DNA of 54,473 bases from Dehalococcoidia bacterium (GCA_009692925.1 SHYG01000003.1:1-54473), one strand, 5' to 3'; positions 33,978 through 44,387 are shown, counted from the stretch's first letter. Numbers and translations: made by a program. The notes: a model not told the origin generated them from the letters alone.

Positions 33978-35756
33978 ATGAGCATCCTGATACGAATCAC
34001 CCGAATGGCATGGCGCTATCCCACCCGCATGTCCTTCGCCTACTTTACCCTGATGCTGTCGGTGGCAGCCACTCTGGCTATTCCCCTGGTGCTGGGCCGC
34101 GCGGTGGATGGCATCGTGACCGGGGCGAACCGAGGCCACCTGATTGAGCTGGCCCTGCTGCTCCTGGGCGTCAGCGTTCTGCGGGGCCTCTTCGACTTCG
34201 GCCGCATCTACTTCTCCGACTCTACCTCCCACCGAGTCACCTACGACCTGCGCAACCTGCTCTACGACAAGTGGCAACACCTGAGCTTCGCCTACCATGA
34301 CAAGGAGCATACCGGCGATCTCATGTCCCGCGCCACCGCAGACGTGGAGTCGGTGCGCCGCTTCATCAACCTGGGGCTGCTGCGCTCGGTGCACATGACG
34401 CTGATGATGATCGTCATCTGCGTGCTCATGCTGCGCCTGAACTGGCAGCTTGCCCTCTTGAGCCTGAGCTTTGTGCCCTTCATGGTAGTTCGATCCACCA
34501 TGGTGGTGTATGCTCTGCGCCGCTCCTGGGCCAAGGTGCAGCAACTGACCGGCGAGTTGGTCACCGCCTTGCAGGAGAACCTGTCCGGCATGGCGGTGGT
34601 AAAGGCCTTCGCCGCGGAAAGCTACGAGGAGAAGAAGTTTGCGGCCAAGACCCGGGACTTGGCCGACGCGGCGTTCCGTTCCGACCGCATTGAGTCCGGC
34701 AACAACGCCACCACCACCTTCTTCTTCACCGTGGCCACGGGGTTCATCATCTGGTACGGCGGGCTGCAGGTCGTGAACACCGACCTCACCATAGGGCAGT
34801 TCACCGAGTTCCTCTTTTTGATGAGCATGCTGAACCAGCCCATCCGCATGTCGGCCTGGATCATCAACACCTTCGCCAGGGCGGTATCGGCAGGGGAGCG
34901 GGTCTTTCAGGTGCTGGATGCCGAGTCGCCGGTGAGCGAGCGGCCCGATGCCCGAGCCTTGGAGCGCCCCAGGGGCCAGGTGGACTTCGACCACGTGTCC
35001 TTCGCCTATGACTCGGTGTCGCCGGTGCTCAAGGATGTTGACATCCACGCCAAGCCGGGGCAGGTGACCGCCATTCTGGGAGCGCCGGGCAGCGGCAAGA
35101 GCACCATCGTGCATCTGCTTCCCCGCTTCTACGACTCCTCGGAAGGCGCCGTGCGTATCGATGGCGTTGACATCCGCGAGTTTACCCTGGACTCCCTGCG
35201 CCGCAATGTGGGCATCGTGGCCCAGGATGTGTTCCTCTTCGCCGCCACCATCCGGGAGAACATCGCCTACGGCGTGGCTGGCGCAACGGAGACCGATGTG
35301 GTGCTGGCCGCCAAGACTGCCCAGCTCCATGACTTTATAATGAGCCTGGCGGAAGGCTACGACACCTGGGTTGGCGAGCGGGGCGCCACACTCTCCGGCG
35401 GGCAGCGGCAGCGCATGGCCATCGCCCGCACCATCCTGCTGGACCCGCCGGTGCTGATCCTGGATGACTCCACCTCCAGCGTGGATGTGGAGACGGAACG
35501 GCAGATCCGGCAGGCCATGCAGCAGGTGGTGAAGGGCCGCACCACTTTCATTATCGCCCACCGGCTGAGCACGGTCCGCCACGCCGACCACATTTTGGTG
35601 ATGCAGGACGGGGCCATCGCAGAGCAAGGCAGCCACGATGAGCTGTACTCCCGGAACGGCCTGTACCGCGACATCTATGACCTCCAGCTTAAGCCCCAGG
35701 AAGAGGTGTTGCTGGAGGCCGCTTCTCCCCTGAGCGCGGCTGGAGGGAACGCTTGA
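33978..35756 (+). CDS. ABC exporter fused permease/ATPase, subunit 1
   Basis: TM domain; GAPGSGKS, LSGGQRQR, ILDD (degenerate Walker B), IAHRL. Confidence 0.93.
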   Translation: MSILIRITRMAWRYPTRMSFAYFTLMLSVAATLAIPLVLGRAVDGIVTGANRGHLIELALLLLGVSVLRGLFDFGRIYFSDSTSHRVTYDLRNLLYDKWQHLSFAYHDKEHTGDLMSRATADVESVRRFINLGLLRSVHMTLMMIVICVLMLRLNWQLALLSLSFVPFMVVRSTMVVYALRRSWAKVQQLTGELVTALQENLSGMAVVKAFAAESYEEKKFAAKTRDLADAAFRSDRIESGNNATTTFFFTVATGFIIWYGGLQVVNTDLTIGQFTEFLFLMSMLNQPIRMSAWIINTFARAVSAGERVFQVLDAESPVSERPDARALERPRGQVDFDHVSFAYDSVSPVLKDVDIHAKPGQVTAILGAPGSGKSTIVHLLPRFYDSSEGAVRIDGVDIREFTLDSLRRNVGIVAQDVFLFAATIRENIAYGVAGATETDVVLAAKTAQLHDFIMSLAEGYDTWVGERGATLSGGQRQRMAIARTILLDPPVLILDDSTSSVDVETERQIRQAMQQVVKGRTTFIIAHRLSTVRHADHILVMQDGAIAEQGSHDELYSRNGLYRDIYDLQLKPQEEVLLEAASPLSAAGGNA

Positions 35757-37738
35757 TGATGATGCACGGCGGCGGCGGCGGAATGGGCTTCAACGTCCAG
35801 GGCTCTCAGGAGCGGACGGGTGGGGCTGGGTCTGCGGTCAAGGTGTCCGACGACGAGATTCTGGGCAAGGCCTACGATCACAGCATCACCATGCGCCTGG
35901 CCCGGTACGTTCTGCCCTTCAAGAAATGGGTATTAGTTACCCTGGTGGCGGTGTTGCTGTATACCGGCGCCACTGTAGCTTTCCCGCTGCTGGTCAAGTG
36001 GGCCATAGACTCCTACATCAAGCCCGGTCTCATCACCGGCCAAGGCTCCGGCCTCACCAAGGTGGCGCTGATCTTCCTGGCGGTGGCCCTGGTGCACTAC
36101 GGCTCCAACTTTGTGCAGGCGGTGGGCATCTCCAAGGTCGGCCAGGGCGTGCTCTACACCCTGCGCACCCAGATGTTCAACCATCTGCAAACCCTCTCGC
36201 TCTCCTTCTACCGGCGCACCGAGGTGGGCCGCATCATGTCCCGGATGCAGAACGACATCCTCCAGCTCCAGGAAACCTTCGAAATCATGGTGATGACCCT
36301 GGCCGACATCCTGAGCCTGGGCGGCATCGTCATCATGATGGTCATCCTGGATTGGAAGCTGGCGCTGGTTACCTTCAGCGTCATTCCGGTGCTCTTCTTT
36401 CTCATGGCCTACTGGCAGCGGTTTGCCCGGCGCTCCTTCCTGCGCATCCGGCGGGCCATCGCCTTGGTCAACGGCGCATTGCAGGAGAACATCGCCGGCG
36501 TGCGGGTGGTACAGAGCCTTAACCGCCAAGAGCGCAACCTGGAGCACTTCGATGCGCTGAACGGGGAGCACCGGGACGCCAACATCAACGCCACCCTCTT
36601 TGCCGGCGGGGTGCAGCCGCTGGTGGAGCTGCTCACCGGCATCTCCACCGCGCTGGTCATCGTCATCGGCGGCTGGTGGGTGGTCACCGGGAGTCTGCAG
36701 GTGGGCGTGCTGGTGGCCTTTGTGCTGTTCATCCAGCGCTTCTTTGACCCCATCCGAAACCTGACGATGCAGTACACCCAGCTCCAGCGTTCGATGGCCT
36801 CCGGCGTGCGCATCTTTGAACTGCTGGACGTGCAGCCCGAGGTCACCGACAAGCCCGGCGCCCCGGCAATGCCCGCAATAAAAGGCCACATCAAGTTTGA
36901 CAACGTGGACTTTGCGTACAAGCCGGGAGTGCTGGTGGTTCAGGGTATGAATATCGAAGTGCAGCCGGGGGAGACAGTGGCTTTGGTTGGCCCCACCGGT
37001 GCGGGCAAAACCACCACCGTGGCCCTGGTCAGCCGGTTCTACGACGTCACCAGCGGGCGCATCACCATTGACGGCCATGACGTGCGCGACGTGACCCGGC
37101 AGTCGCTGGTGGGTCAGATGAGCATGGTGCTCCAGGAGCCGTTCCTGATCTCCGCCACGGTGAGCGAGAACATCCGCTACTCCCACATTGAAGCCACCGA
37201 CGAGCAGGTGCTGGAGGCGGCCACGGCGGTGGGCGCCCACGACTTCATCATGCGATTGGAGCATGGCTACGACACCCTGCTGCGCGAGCGGGGCAGCAAC
37301 CTGAGCATCGGCCAGCGGCAGCTCATCAGCTTTGCCCGGGCCATTGTGGCCGACCCGCGCATCCTCATCCTGGACGAGGCCACCGCCAACGTGGACACCC
37401 ACACGGAGATGCAGATCCAGGAGGCGTTGAAGCGCATTCTGAAGGGGCGCACCTCCCTGGTGATTGCGCACCGGCTGTCCACCATCCGTAACGCCCACCG
37501 CATTGTGGTGCTGGATCATGGACGCGTGATGGAGCAGGGCAACCACTTGGAACTGCTGCGCCTGGGCGGGCTCTACGCCCACCTGTACTCCATGAACTAC
37601 GGCGACGAGGGCGTGGCTGCGGAGCTGTCGACTCATAATGGCGCTACCGCCACCGTGGCAGCTAAGCCCAAGCCGTCCCGCCGACCGCGCCGCAACGGAG
37701 GCAGTGCCGGGGTGCCTAGCCCGGCGGTGGGTGACTGA
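35756..37738 (+). CDS. ABC exporter fused permease/ATPase, subunit 2
   Basis: GPTGAGKT, LSIGQRQ, ILDEAT, IAHRL; overlaps the subunit 1 stop (heterodimer). Confidence 0.93.
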   Translation: MMMHGGGGGMGFNVQGSQERTGGAGSAVKVSDDEILGKAYDHSITMRLARYVLPFKKWVLVTLVAVLLYTGATVAFPLLVKWAIDSYIKPGLITGQGSGLTKVALIFLAVALVHYGSNFVQAVGISKVGQGVLYTLRTQMFNHLQTLSLSFYRRTEVGRIMSRMQNDILQLQETFEIMVMTLADILSLGGIVIMMVILDWKLALVTFSVIPVLFFLMAYWQRFARRSFLRIRRAIALVNGALQENIAGVRVVQSLNRQERNLEHFDALNGEHRDANINATLFAGGVQPLVELLTGISTALVIVIGGWWVVTGSLQVGVLVAFVLFIQRFFDPIRNLTMQYTQLQRSMASGVRIFELLDVQPEVTDKPGAPAMPAIKGHIKFDNVDFAYKPGVLVVQGMNIEVQPGETVALVGPTGAGKTTTVALVSRFYDVTSGRITIDGHDVRDVTRQSLVGQMSMVLQEPFLISATVSENIRYSHIEATDEQVLEAATAVGAHDFIMRLEHGYDTLLRERGSNLSIGQRQLISFARAIVADPRILILDEATANVDTHTEMQIQEALKRILKGRTSLVIAHRLSTIRNAHRIVVLDHGRVMEQGNHLELLRLGGLYAHLYSMNYGDEGVAAELSTHNGATATVAAKPKPSRRPRRNGGSAGVPSPAVGD

Positions 37739-37792
37739 GCCGGTCTGTCCAAAGGATTGGTGCCAGGTACGGGCAGTATCAACCAGACAAAC

Positions 37793-37821
37793 GTAGGGGC
37801 GGGTTTCAAACCCGCCCCTAC
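37793..37821. repeat. GTAG-type REP palindrome
   Basis: gtaggggcgggtttcaaacccgcccctac, between convergent genes. Confidence 0.85.
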
Positions 37822-37845
37822 GTGTTTGCTGCGACAATTCCCCGA

Positions 37846-38832
37846 TTAGTACAGGTGGCAGGACACCTCGTGCTGCGGTTTCAGCTCCTTCAGCACTGGC
37901 AGCTCCTTGGAGCAGCGGTCCAGCACAAAGGGGCAGCGCGGGTGGAAGGCGCATCCGGAGGGCGGGTTCAGCGGCGAGGGTATCTCCCCGCTGAGCACAA
38001 TGTCCTCCCGCTGGATGTCCGGGTGGCTGGGAAGCGCCGCCGAGATGAGGGCCTTGGTGTAAGGGTGCATGGGGTTGGTGAACAACTCGTGGGTGGGGGC
38101 TGTCTCCACAATCTTCCCCAGATACATTACTCCCACATTGTGGCTCATGTAGCGCACGGTAGCCAGGTTGTGAGCAATCAGCAGGTAGGCCACCCCGTAA
38201 CGTTCCTGCAGGTCTCGCAGCAGGTTCATGATCTGAGCGCGGATGGACACGTCCAGGGCCGACACCGGCTCGTCCAGCACGATGAGCTTGGGCTGTAAAG
38301 ACAGCGCCCGGGCAATGGCGATGCGCTGGCGCTGGCCGCCGCTGAATTCGTGGGGATAGTAATCCCCCTGGAAGCTGTGCAGCCCCACCTCCTCCAGCAG
38401 GGACTCCAGCTTCTCCTTGGCCTCCCCCTTGCTCAGCTTCCGGTTGGTGAGCAGCGGCTCCATGATGATGGAGCCAACCCGCATCCGGGGGTTCAGGGAG
38501 CTCCAGGGGTCCTGAAACACCGCCTGCACCGAGGCCCGGTACTCGCGGTATTGCTCTGAACGAAGGGTCGCTAGGTCATTCCCTTGGAACTTGATGATTC
38601 CGGCGGTGGGCTTCTCCACCTGCAGAATCATCCTGGCGGTGGTGGTCTTGCCGCAGCCCGACTCTCCCACTAGGCTGAAGGTTTCACCCTGCTTGATTTC
38701 GAAACTCACGCCATCCACCGCTTTGACGTGGCCGATGGTCGTCCTAACCACTACCCCTTTGGACACCGGGAAATACTTCTGAGCATTTTCCACCGAGATT
38801 ACCGCGGAGGTGGCCGCCCCATTCTGACTCAT
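37846..38832 (-). CDS. Oligo/dipeptide ABC ATPase (OppF/DppF-like)
   Basis: GESGCGKT, FSGGQRQR, HPYT, PPSGC.FHPRC, VSCHLY. Confidence 0.93.
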   Translation of the reverse strand: MSQNGAATSAVISVENAQKYFPVSKGVVVRTTIGHVKAVDGVSFEIKQGETFSLVGESGCGKTTTARMILQVEKPTAGIIKFQGNDLATLRSEQYREYRASVQAVFQDPWSSLNPRMRVGSIIMEPLLTNRKLSKGEAKEKLESLLEEVGLHSFQGDYYPHEFSGGQRQRIAIARALSLQPKLIVLDEPVSALDVSIRAQIMNLLRDLQERYGVAYLLIAHNLATVRYMSHNVGVMYLGKIVETAPTHELFTNPMHPYTKALISAALPSHPDIQREDIVLSGEIPSPLNPPSGCAFHPRCPFVLDRCSKELPVLKELKPQHEVSCHLY

Positions 38833-39803
38833 ATTAACTTCCAGCAGTGGGCATGATGATTTTCGCCCACCGTCACCGACGTAGGATACTCATGCAGGCA
38901 CCGATCGAAGACATAAGGGCATCGGGGAGCGAAGGGGCACCCGACGGGCAGCTTGTCCAGTGCCGGTGGCTGCCCTTCAATGGCGTACAGCTTGTCCACC
39001 TCTTCATCCACGTTGGGCACGGAGCGCATCAGCGCCTCGGTGTAGGGGTGAGACGGTTTGTTGAACAGGTCCCGCACTGGGGCGAACTCCACCATCTTCC
39101 CGGCGTACATCACCGCCACCCGGTCGCACATCTTGGCCACAATGCCAAAGTCGTGAGTGATGAAGATGATGGATAGGCCAGTGTCTTTCTGAAGCTCCCG
39201 GAGGAGCTGTAGGTACTGATACTGGATCGTGGCATCCAGGGAGGTAGTGGCCTCGTCGGCGATGAGCACCTTGGGCGACCCCGAGATGGCGATAGCCCCC
39301 ACCACGCGCTGGCGCATGCCGCCGCTCATCTGGTGGGGGTAGTTGCCGATGCGGGTTTCCGGGGAGGCAATCTTCACCTTGGACAGCAGGTCAATTGCCC
39401 GTTCCTTTAATCCGTGTCCGCGCGCGTCTTCCCGCATCCGCAGGGTTTCAATCAGCTGGTTGCCCACGGTGTACACCGGGTTCAGGGAGGTCATGGGGTC
39501 CTGCAGGATCATGCAAATCTTGCGCCCCCGGATCTGCCGCATCTCCGAGTTGGACTTTTGCAGCAGGTCCTCCCCGTCCAGCAGCACCTTGCCGCCCACG
39601 GTCTTCCCCGCGGGTTTGGGCACCAGCCCCATGATGGACAGGGCGGTCATGCTCTTGCCGCTGCCCGACTCCCCCACTATTCCGAGGGTTTCTCCTGGCA
39701 TCAGTGAGAAACTCACCCCGTCCACCGCCTTTACGACGCCGGTGCGGGTGTAGAAATAGGTCCTCAGGTCTTGTACTTCCAGAACCGGCGCTTGTTTAGC
39801 CAA
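38829..39803 (-). CDS. Oligo/dipeptide ABC ATPase (OppD/DppD-like)
   Basis: GESGSGKS, QDPMTSLNP, MSGGMRQR, GCPFAPRC; TTG start with AGGAG SD. Confidence 0.93.
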   Translation of the reverse strand: MAKQAPVLEVQDLRTYFYTRTGVVKAVDGVSFSLMPGETLGIVGESGSGKSMTALSIMGLVPKPAGKTVGGKVLLDGEDLLQKSNSEMRQIRGRKICMILQDPMTSLNPVYTVGNQLIETLRMREDARGHGLKERAIDLLSKVKIASPETRIGNYPHQMSGGMRQRVVGAIAISGSPKVLIADEATTSLDATIQYQYLQLLRELQKDTGLSIIFITHDFGIVAKMCDRVAVMYAGKMVEFAPVRDLFNKPSHPYTEALMRSVPNVDEEVDKLYAIEGQPPALDKLPVGCPFAPRCPYVFDRCLHEYPTSVTVGENHHAHCWKLI

Positions 39804-39824
39804 GGTGTAATTCTCCTCCGCCGG

Positions 39825-40748
39825 CTAGGCTCGCCGGAGCTTGGGGTCCATCGTGTCGCGCATCCAGTCGCCGAAGAAGTTGAACGCCAGCACCACTATG
39901 GTGATGGCCAGACCGGGCAGCAGGGACAGCCACCACACGTCCACGATAACCGTGCGTCCCTCGGCCACCATGATGCCCCACGCGGCTTCACCCGGCGGCA
40001 ACCCCAAGCCCAGGAAGCTCAGGGAGGCCTCCAGGAGAATTACCTGGCCGATCTGCAGGCTGGTGATGACCAACAGGGTGTTGACGATGTTGGGGAAAAT
40101 GTGCCGGGCAATAATCATGTGGGCGGATACCCCGGCGATCTTCGCCTGGGTGACGAAGTCCAACTCCCGGATGGCGAGCACGTCGCCCCGGATCATGCGG
40201 GCGAACCTGGCCCACACTGTGAGCATCACCGCCAGCACAATGTTCAGCATGCCAGCTCCCAGGAGCACCACAATGATCATGGCCACCAGGATGGTGGGGA
40301 ATCCCAGCGCGGCGTCGGCGAAGCGCATGACCAGCGCGTCCACCCACTTGCCACGGTACCCGGCAATCAGCCCCAGCGTGGTGCCCACCACCATGCCGAA
40401 GCTCAGCGCCACCAGGCTAATCAACACGCTGGTGCGGGCGCCGTAGATCAGGCGGCTCAGCATATCCCGGCCCATGACGTCGGTGCCCAGGGGATGGCTC
40501 CAACTGTAGTTGGCGTCTGCCCCGCCAAAAAACTCGCTGATAACTGCTGGCGACATCCGGGCTTCAAGCATGTTGATCTCGCGTGGATCGACAGACGTCA
40601 GCACTTCGGCAAAGATCGCGCAGATGACCAGCGTTGACACGATGGCCACGGGAATCCAGGGCAGCTTTAGCCGGCGGGTCTTGGTCCGCATTTGCCTTAG
40701 CCAGCCGGGCCGTGTTGCAGTAGTTGTGACACTAGTCACGGCAGCCAT
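39825..40748 (-). CDS. Oligo/dipeptide ABC permease (OppC/DppC-like)
   Basis: HPLGTD..GRD..SR.IYGARTS, EASLSFLGLG. Confidence 0.93.
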   Translation of the reverse strand: MAAVTSVTTTATRPGWLRQMRTKTRRLKLPWIPVAIVSTLVICAIFAEVLTSVDPREINMLEARMSPAVISEFFGGADANYSWSHPLGTDVMGRDMLSRLIYGARTSVLISLVALSFGMVVGTTLGLIAGYRGKWVDALVMRFADAALGFPTILVAMIIVVLLGAGMLNIVLAVMLTVWARFARMIRGDVLAIRELDFVTQAKIAGVSAHMIIARHIFPNIVNTLLVITSLQIGQVILLEASLSFLGLGLPPGEAAWGIMVAEGRTVIVDVWWLSLLPGLAITIVVLAFNFFGDWMRDTMDPKLRRA

Positions 40749-40769
40749 AGTTCCCTCCGCACCAGTTAT

Positions 40770-41687
40770 CTACTCGTACCGAATCTTGGGATTAACATAA
40801 GCGTAAAGGATGTCCACCAGCAGGGCCGTGAGAATGTAGAAGAGTCCGGCAGCCAGCACCGTGGCCTGCACGATGGGGAAGTCACGGGTTTGGATCCCCT
40901 GGAGCATCAGGCGCCCAATGCCGGGCCAGGCAAACACCACCTCCACCGCCACCGAGCCGTTGAGCAACCCGGCCAGAGTCAGCCCGGAGAAGGTCAGTAG
41001 GGGAATGATGGCGTTCTTAAGTGCGTGTTTGAAGATGACCAGCCGCTCCGACAGTCCCTTGACCCGGGCGAACTTAACATACTCGCTGTCCAGAACCTCC
41101 AGCATGCTGGAGCGGCCCAGGCGCACCATGCCTGCCATGGCGGCCCAGCCCAGCACAAAGGAGGGCAATACGAAATGATCCAAGCCCCCTCTGCCGAAGG
41201 TCGGCAGCCAGCCCAGGATGGCCCCAAAGAGCAGGATTAGCATGATGGCGATCCAGAATCCGGGCGTGGCAATGCCCAATACGGCGAAGAACTTGGCGAA
41301 CATGTCAATGGGAGTGTCGCGTTTCACCGCGGACACGATGCCCAGGGGGATTCCCACCACCAGCGCAATGAGGAAGGCAGCGGAGGCTAGCTGCAACGTT
41401 GCGGGGAACCGCTCCATCAGCACCTCCCGGGCGGAACGGCCCAGGATGTGCGACTTGCCGAAATCGGCCCGCACCACGTCGCCCATGAAGTCAATGTACT
41501 GGATGTACAAGGGGCGGTCCAACCCCAGGTTCTTCTTGAGCTGTTCGTACTCGGTGCGTCCGGCCTCAGACCCCAGCAGGTACTGGGCTGGGTCGCCCGT
41601 AAGGTGGACGCTGAGGAAGATGGCCAGGCTCAAAATCCACAGTGTGAACAGCGCCTGAATGCCCCTGAACAGGATGTACCGCTGCAT
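40770..41687 (-). CDS. Oligo/dipeptide ABC permease (OppB/DppB-like)
   Basis: GDPA, LGLDRP...QY, RSSMLEVL..EYV..AR.KG, EVVFAWPGIG, NPKIR. Confidence 0.93.
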   Translation of the reverse strand: MQRYILFRGIQALFTLWILSLAIFLSVHLTGDPAQYLLGSEAGRTEYEQLKKNLGLDRPLYIQYIDFMGDVVRADFGKSHILGRSAREVLMERFPATLQLASAAFLIALVVGIPLGIVSAVKRDTPIDMFAKFFAVLGIATPGFWIAIMLILLFGAILGWLPTFGRGGLDHFVLPSFVLGWAAMAGMVRLGRSSMLEVLDSEYVKFARVKGLSERLVIFKHALKNAIIPLLTFSGLTLAGLLNGSVAVEVVFAWPGIGRLMLQGIQTRDFPIVQATVLAAGLFYILTALLVDILYAYVNPKIRYE

Positions 41688-42014
41688 ATCCACCTCTGAG
41701 TCTGACTGCGCCGAAGCGCCTGCTGGGGCTACATGTCTGCTGCCCCAGGCCTATCTGCTGTGGTTTCTGTAAGTAACCTGCTCCAATTGGTCGCTGAACG
41801 CCAGGTAATCCACTATTAGCCAACCGGCGAGGGTACCGTAACTGTGACGCCGTTCCCCGGGAACCGCCCCTGGGCGGGTACAACCCAGGAATGCTGCTCA
41901 GCTAGGCCAGCCATGCCTCCCACGGGTAGCCATGGCGTGGCTGCGGCCTCAGTCACCGTGCTGTTCCAACTACTGGCAGACCGTAAAACTTAAGGACAGC
42001 ATCAAGTTTGATTG

Positions 42015-42043
42015 ATACTATCATCTGGGGCCAATCATGTCAA
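42015..42043 (-). promoter_or_regulatory. Sigma70-type promoter for the dpp permease operon
   Basis: TTGACA-17-TAGTAT on the minus strand, about 320 nt before the dppB start. Confidence 0.6.
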
Positions 42044-42057
42044 TTTGGCGGGGGTTC

Positions 42058-42097
42058 CCGGCGCAGGCGCCCGCGGTTATCCTGGCGCCTGCGCCGG
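42058..42097 (-). terminator. GC-rich hairpin after the binding-protein gene
   Basis: Perfect 14-bp stem ccggcgcaggcgcc/ggcgcctgcgccgg; no clear U tract. Confidence 0.5.
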
Positions 42098-42108
42098 AAG
42101 TCGTCGCG

Positions 42109-43866
42109 CTACTTCAGCGTGATGCCATAAATGTTGGATGGATAGAAGGCCAGCGGGTAGGGCGTCCAGGCGGTGACCCGCGGTCCCACGGCCCAGGGGA
42201 TGTTTATGTAACCGATGCCCAGCTCGTAAGACTCATCCCTGCCGCGCTTGGCCAGGATGTTGTTCTGCTTCTGCCGCTCCACCGGCTCTACCACACCCAG
42301 GGCCATGCCGGTCAGATCAAACAGGTCCTGCGTCTGGTGCAGCCTGGCCCCGTGGGTGGGGCTGCCGTAGGAGGGCAGCCACACGCTGGACTTATCCAGG
42401 CCGGCCTCATTGTCCCGCCACAGTATCTGCCCGTGGAGGGCGTCGGTGAGGGTGTCCCGCTTCAGGGCGGCCTCGTCGCCGACTTTCACCTCCACGTCCA
42501 ACCCCAGCTCCTTGCGCCAGAAATCGGCGGCAAGCTGGGCTGACTCCGGCAGGAAGGGCATGGCGGTGGACACCCAAGTGTTGACCGTCAGCTTGCCAAA
42601 GCCCTGGCCGTTGGGGTAGCCGGCCTGGGCCAGCAACTGCTTGGCCTTGGCCACGTCCTGGGGCCATACGTCCAGGTCCTTGCTGTACCCGATGGTGCTG
42701 GGCGTGATGTGGGCCCATCCCTTGGTCTGGAACACCTCCGGGCCGCCAAAGAGCTTGTCCCGGATGATGTTCTTGTCAATGGCGTAGTCCAGAGCCTGGC
42801 GCACTTCCTTCTTGCTGCAAGGGTTTGCGGTCTTGTAGCAGCCCAGCAGCATCACCCGCATGTACAGGCCTTCAGGGCCGAAGACCAGGCGGCCGCCGCC
42901 GGCCTCCACCTGCTTCTTGGTGGCCAGGCTGGCGGGGGCGATGTCCGCATCGCCGGCGCGAATGGCGGCCACCCTGGTGGCTTCCTCTGGCACCAGCCGA
43001 AGGTCCAAGCTCTTGAACTTGGGCCGGCGGTCTTCGGGCAGGCCGTTCTTGGTCTGGTAGTAGTAGTCCTCAAACCGCTCAAAGGCCATCACCTCGGCGG
43101 GCACGTGTTTCATCAGGGTGAAGGGGCCGGAGCTGACGGGCTTCTTGTCGTAGGCCTCTTCCTGGGCGGTGTCGTGGACCTTGGGCCGCTTGGGGTTCAC
43201 TCCGTACCAGTTGCCTGCCGCCTCCGACACGTAGGCCCCGGCGAAGCCGGCGTTGCCCTGGGTGAAGTTAATGGCAACCTGGTTTGGCTGGGGCTGGGTG
43301 ATGCTGCCCACGGTCCGGGCCAGGGACTGGGCGCTGCTCTGGGTGACCCGCTCCGCCGCGGAGCCGGACTCATCCTTGCCCCAGTAGTGCATGAAGGTCC
43401 ACCACACGTCCTGGGCGGTGATGGCGCTGCCGTCGTGGAACTTGCCGCCCTCCCGGATGGTGAAGATCCAGGTCTTGCCGTCGGGGGAGACGTCCCACTT
43501 GGAGGCGATGCCGGGGATTAGCTCGGTCTTCTCGTTAGTGGCTATAAGGTATCCCTGGAGAAACCGGGCGAAGTTGTTGCCCCCGCCCACGGCATAGTTG
43601 TAGGTGAACCGTTCGTTGCCGACGCCGGCGGTCATGAAGGTCAGCTTGCCGGGGTTGACTGTCGGAGCCGCGGGCGCTGTGATGGATTTGGGCATGGCTG
43701 TGGGGGCGCCAGGGCCAGTAGCGGGCGCCGCCACAGTGGGGTTGGCTGCCGGCGCCGGCGGAGCGGCGGCGCCGCAGCCTACCGCCAGCAGCAGTAGAAG
43801 TAGTAGCGGGGTCAAGAGAGTCAACCCCAAGAAAAGTTTGCGCTGATGAGTCCTGGTATACCGCAT
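42109..43866 (-). CDS. Peptide/nickel ABC substrate-binding lipoprotein (paralog 1)
   Basis: GAGGAGG SD, LAVGC lipobox, W.VSPDGKTW.F..R.G.KFHDG, VRQAL.YAIDK. Confidence 0.9.
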   Translation of the reverse strand: MRYTRTHQRKLFLGLTLLTPLLLLLLLAVGCGAAAPPAPAANPTVAAPATGPGAPTAMPKSITAPAAPTVNPGKLTFMTAGVGNERFTYNYAVGGGNNFARFLQGYLIATNEKTELIPGIASKWDVSPDGKTWIFTIREGGKFHDGSAITAQDVWWTFMHYWGKDESGSAAERVTQSSAQSLARTVGSITQPQPNQVAINFTQGNAGFAGAYVSEAAGNWYGVNPKRPKVHDTAQEEAYDKKPVSSGPFTLMKHVPAEVMAFERFEDYYYQTKNGLPEDRRPKFKSLDLRLVPEEATRVAAIRAGDADIAPASLATKKQVEAGGGRLVFGPEGLYMRVMLLGCYKTANPCSKKEVRQALDYAIDKNIIRDKLFGGPEVFQTKGWAHITPSTIGYSKDLDVWPQDVAKAKQLLAQAGYPNGQGFGKLTVNTWVSTAMPFLPESAQLAADFWRKELGLDVEVKVGDEAALKRDTLTDALHGQILWRDNEAGLDKSSVWLPSYGSPTHGARLHQTQDLFDLTGMALGVVEPVERQKQNNILAKRGRDESYELGIGYINIPWAVGPRVTAWTPYPLAFYPSNIYGITLK

Positions 43867-44149
43867 GGACAAGTCCTCCTCTATACATACATTTATCAAC
43901 ATACATTTATCATTTTCGGCAATTTGCCCGGTTCCTAATTGATTGAGAACGGCAGGGGCTTGCCCCCCGGCCATCAAATTGCAGGGGGGGCAAGCAACGG
44001 CCCCCCCTGCAATCCATCACAAAATCAGCCTCCTGCGCCGCCGACCGGCCAGTGGATGGTTACGGCTCTAATAGCGTTAAATACCATGTTTTACGCCATA
44101 GTGTTACGAAAACTCCACTTATAACAGGCAAGCGGCAAAAGTTGTCTGG

Positions 44150-44178
44150 ATGTTAACAGAGCATATGCTGAATGTCAA
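44150..44178 (-). promoter_or_regulatory. Sigma70-type promoter for paralog 1
   Basis: TTGACA-17-TAACAT with extended TG; palindrome AGCATATGCT in the spacer. Confidence 0.6.
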
Positions 44179-44299
44179 TTATCATGAATTGAGATGAACT
44201 ATTGATATTTTTATTTCTGCCAAGTGTAGGTAATTCTCTAGAAGTGTCATCAACGGGAGACGAAGATATAGGATATAGTAGTGCCCCTTACGGAAAGCA

Positions 44300-44340
44300 C
44301 AACAGTGAGGGGGGCCGTTAATCGGCCCCCCTCACTGTTG
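44300..44340 (-). terminator. Terminator-like hairpin after paralog 2
   Basis: Perfect 18-bp stem, 5-nt loop. Confidence 0.7.
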
Positions 44341-44387
44341 TTCCCGCCGGTTGGACGCCCCCACCCCGGGGGCCGTCCCGCTAGGGA

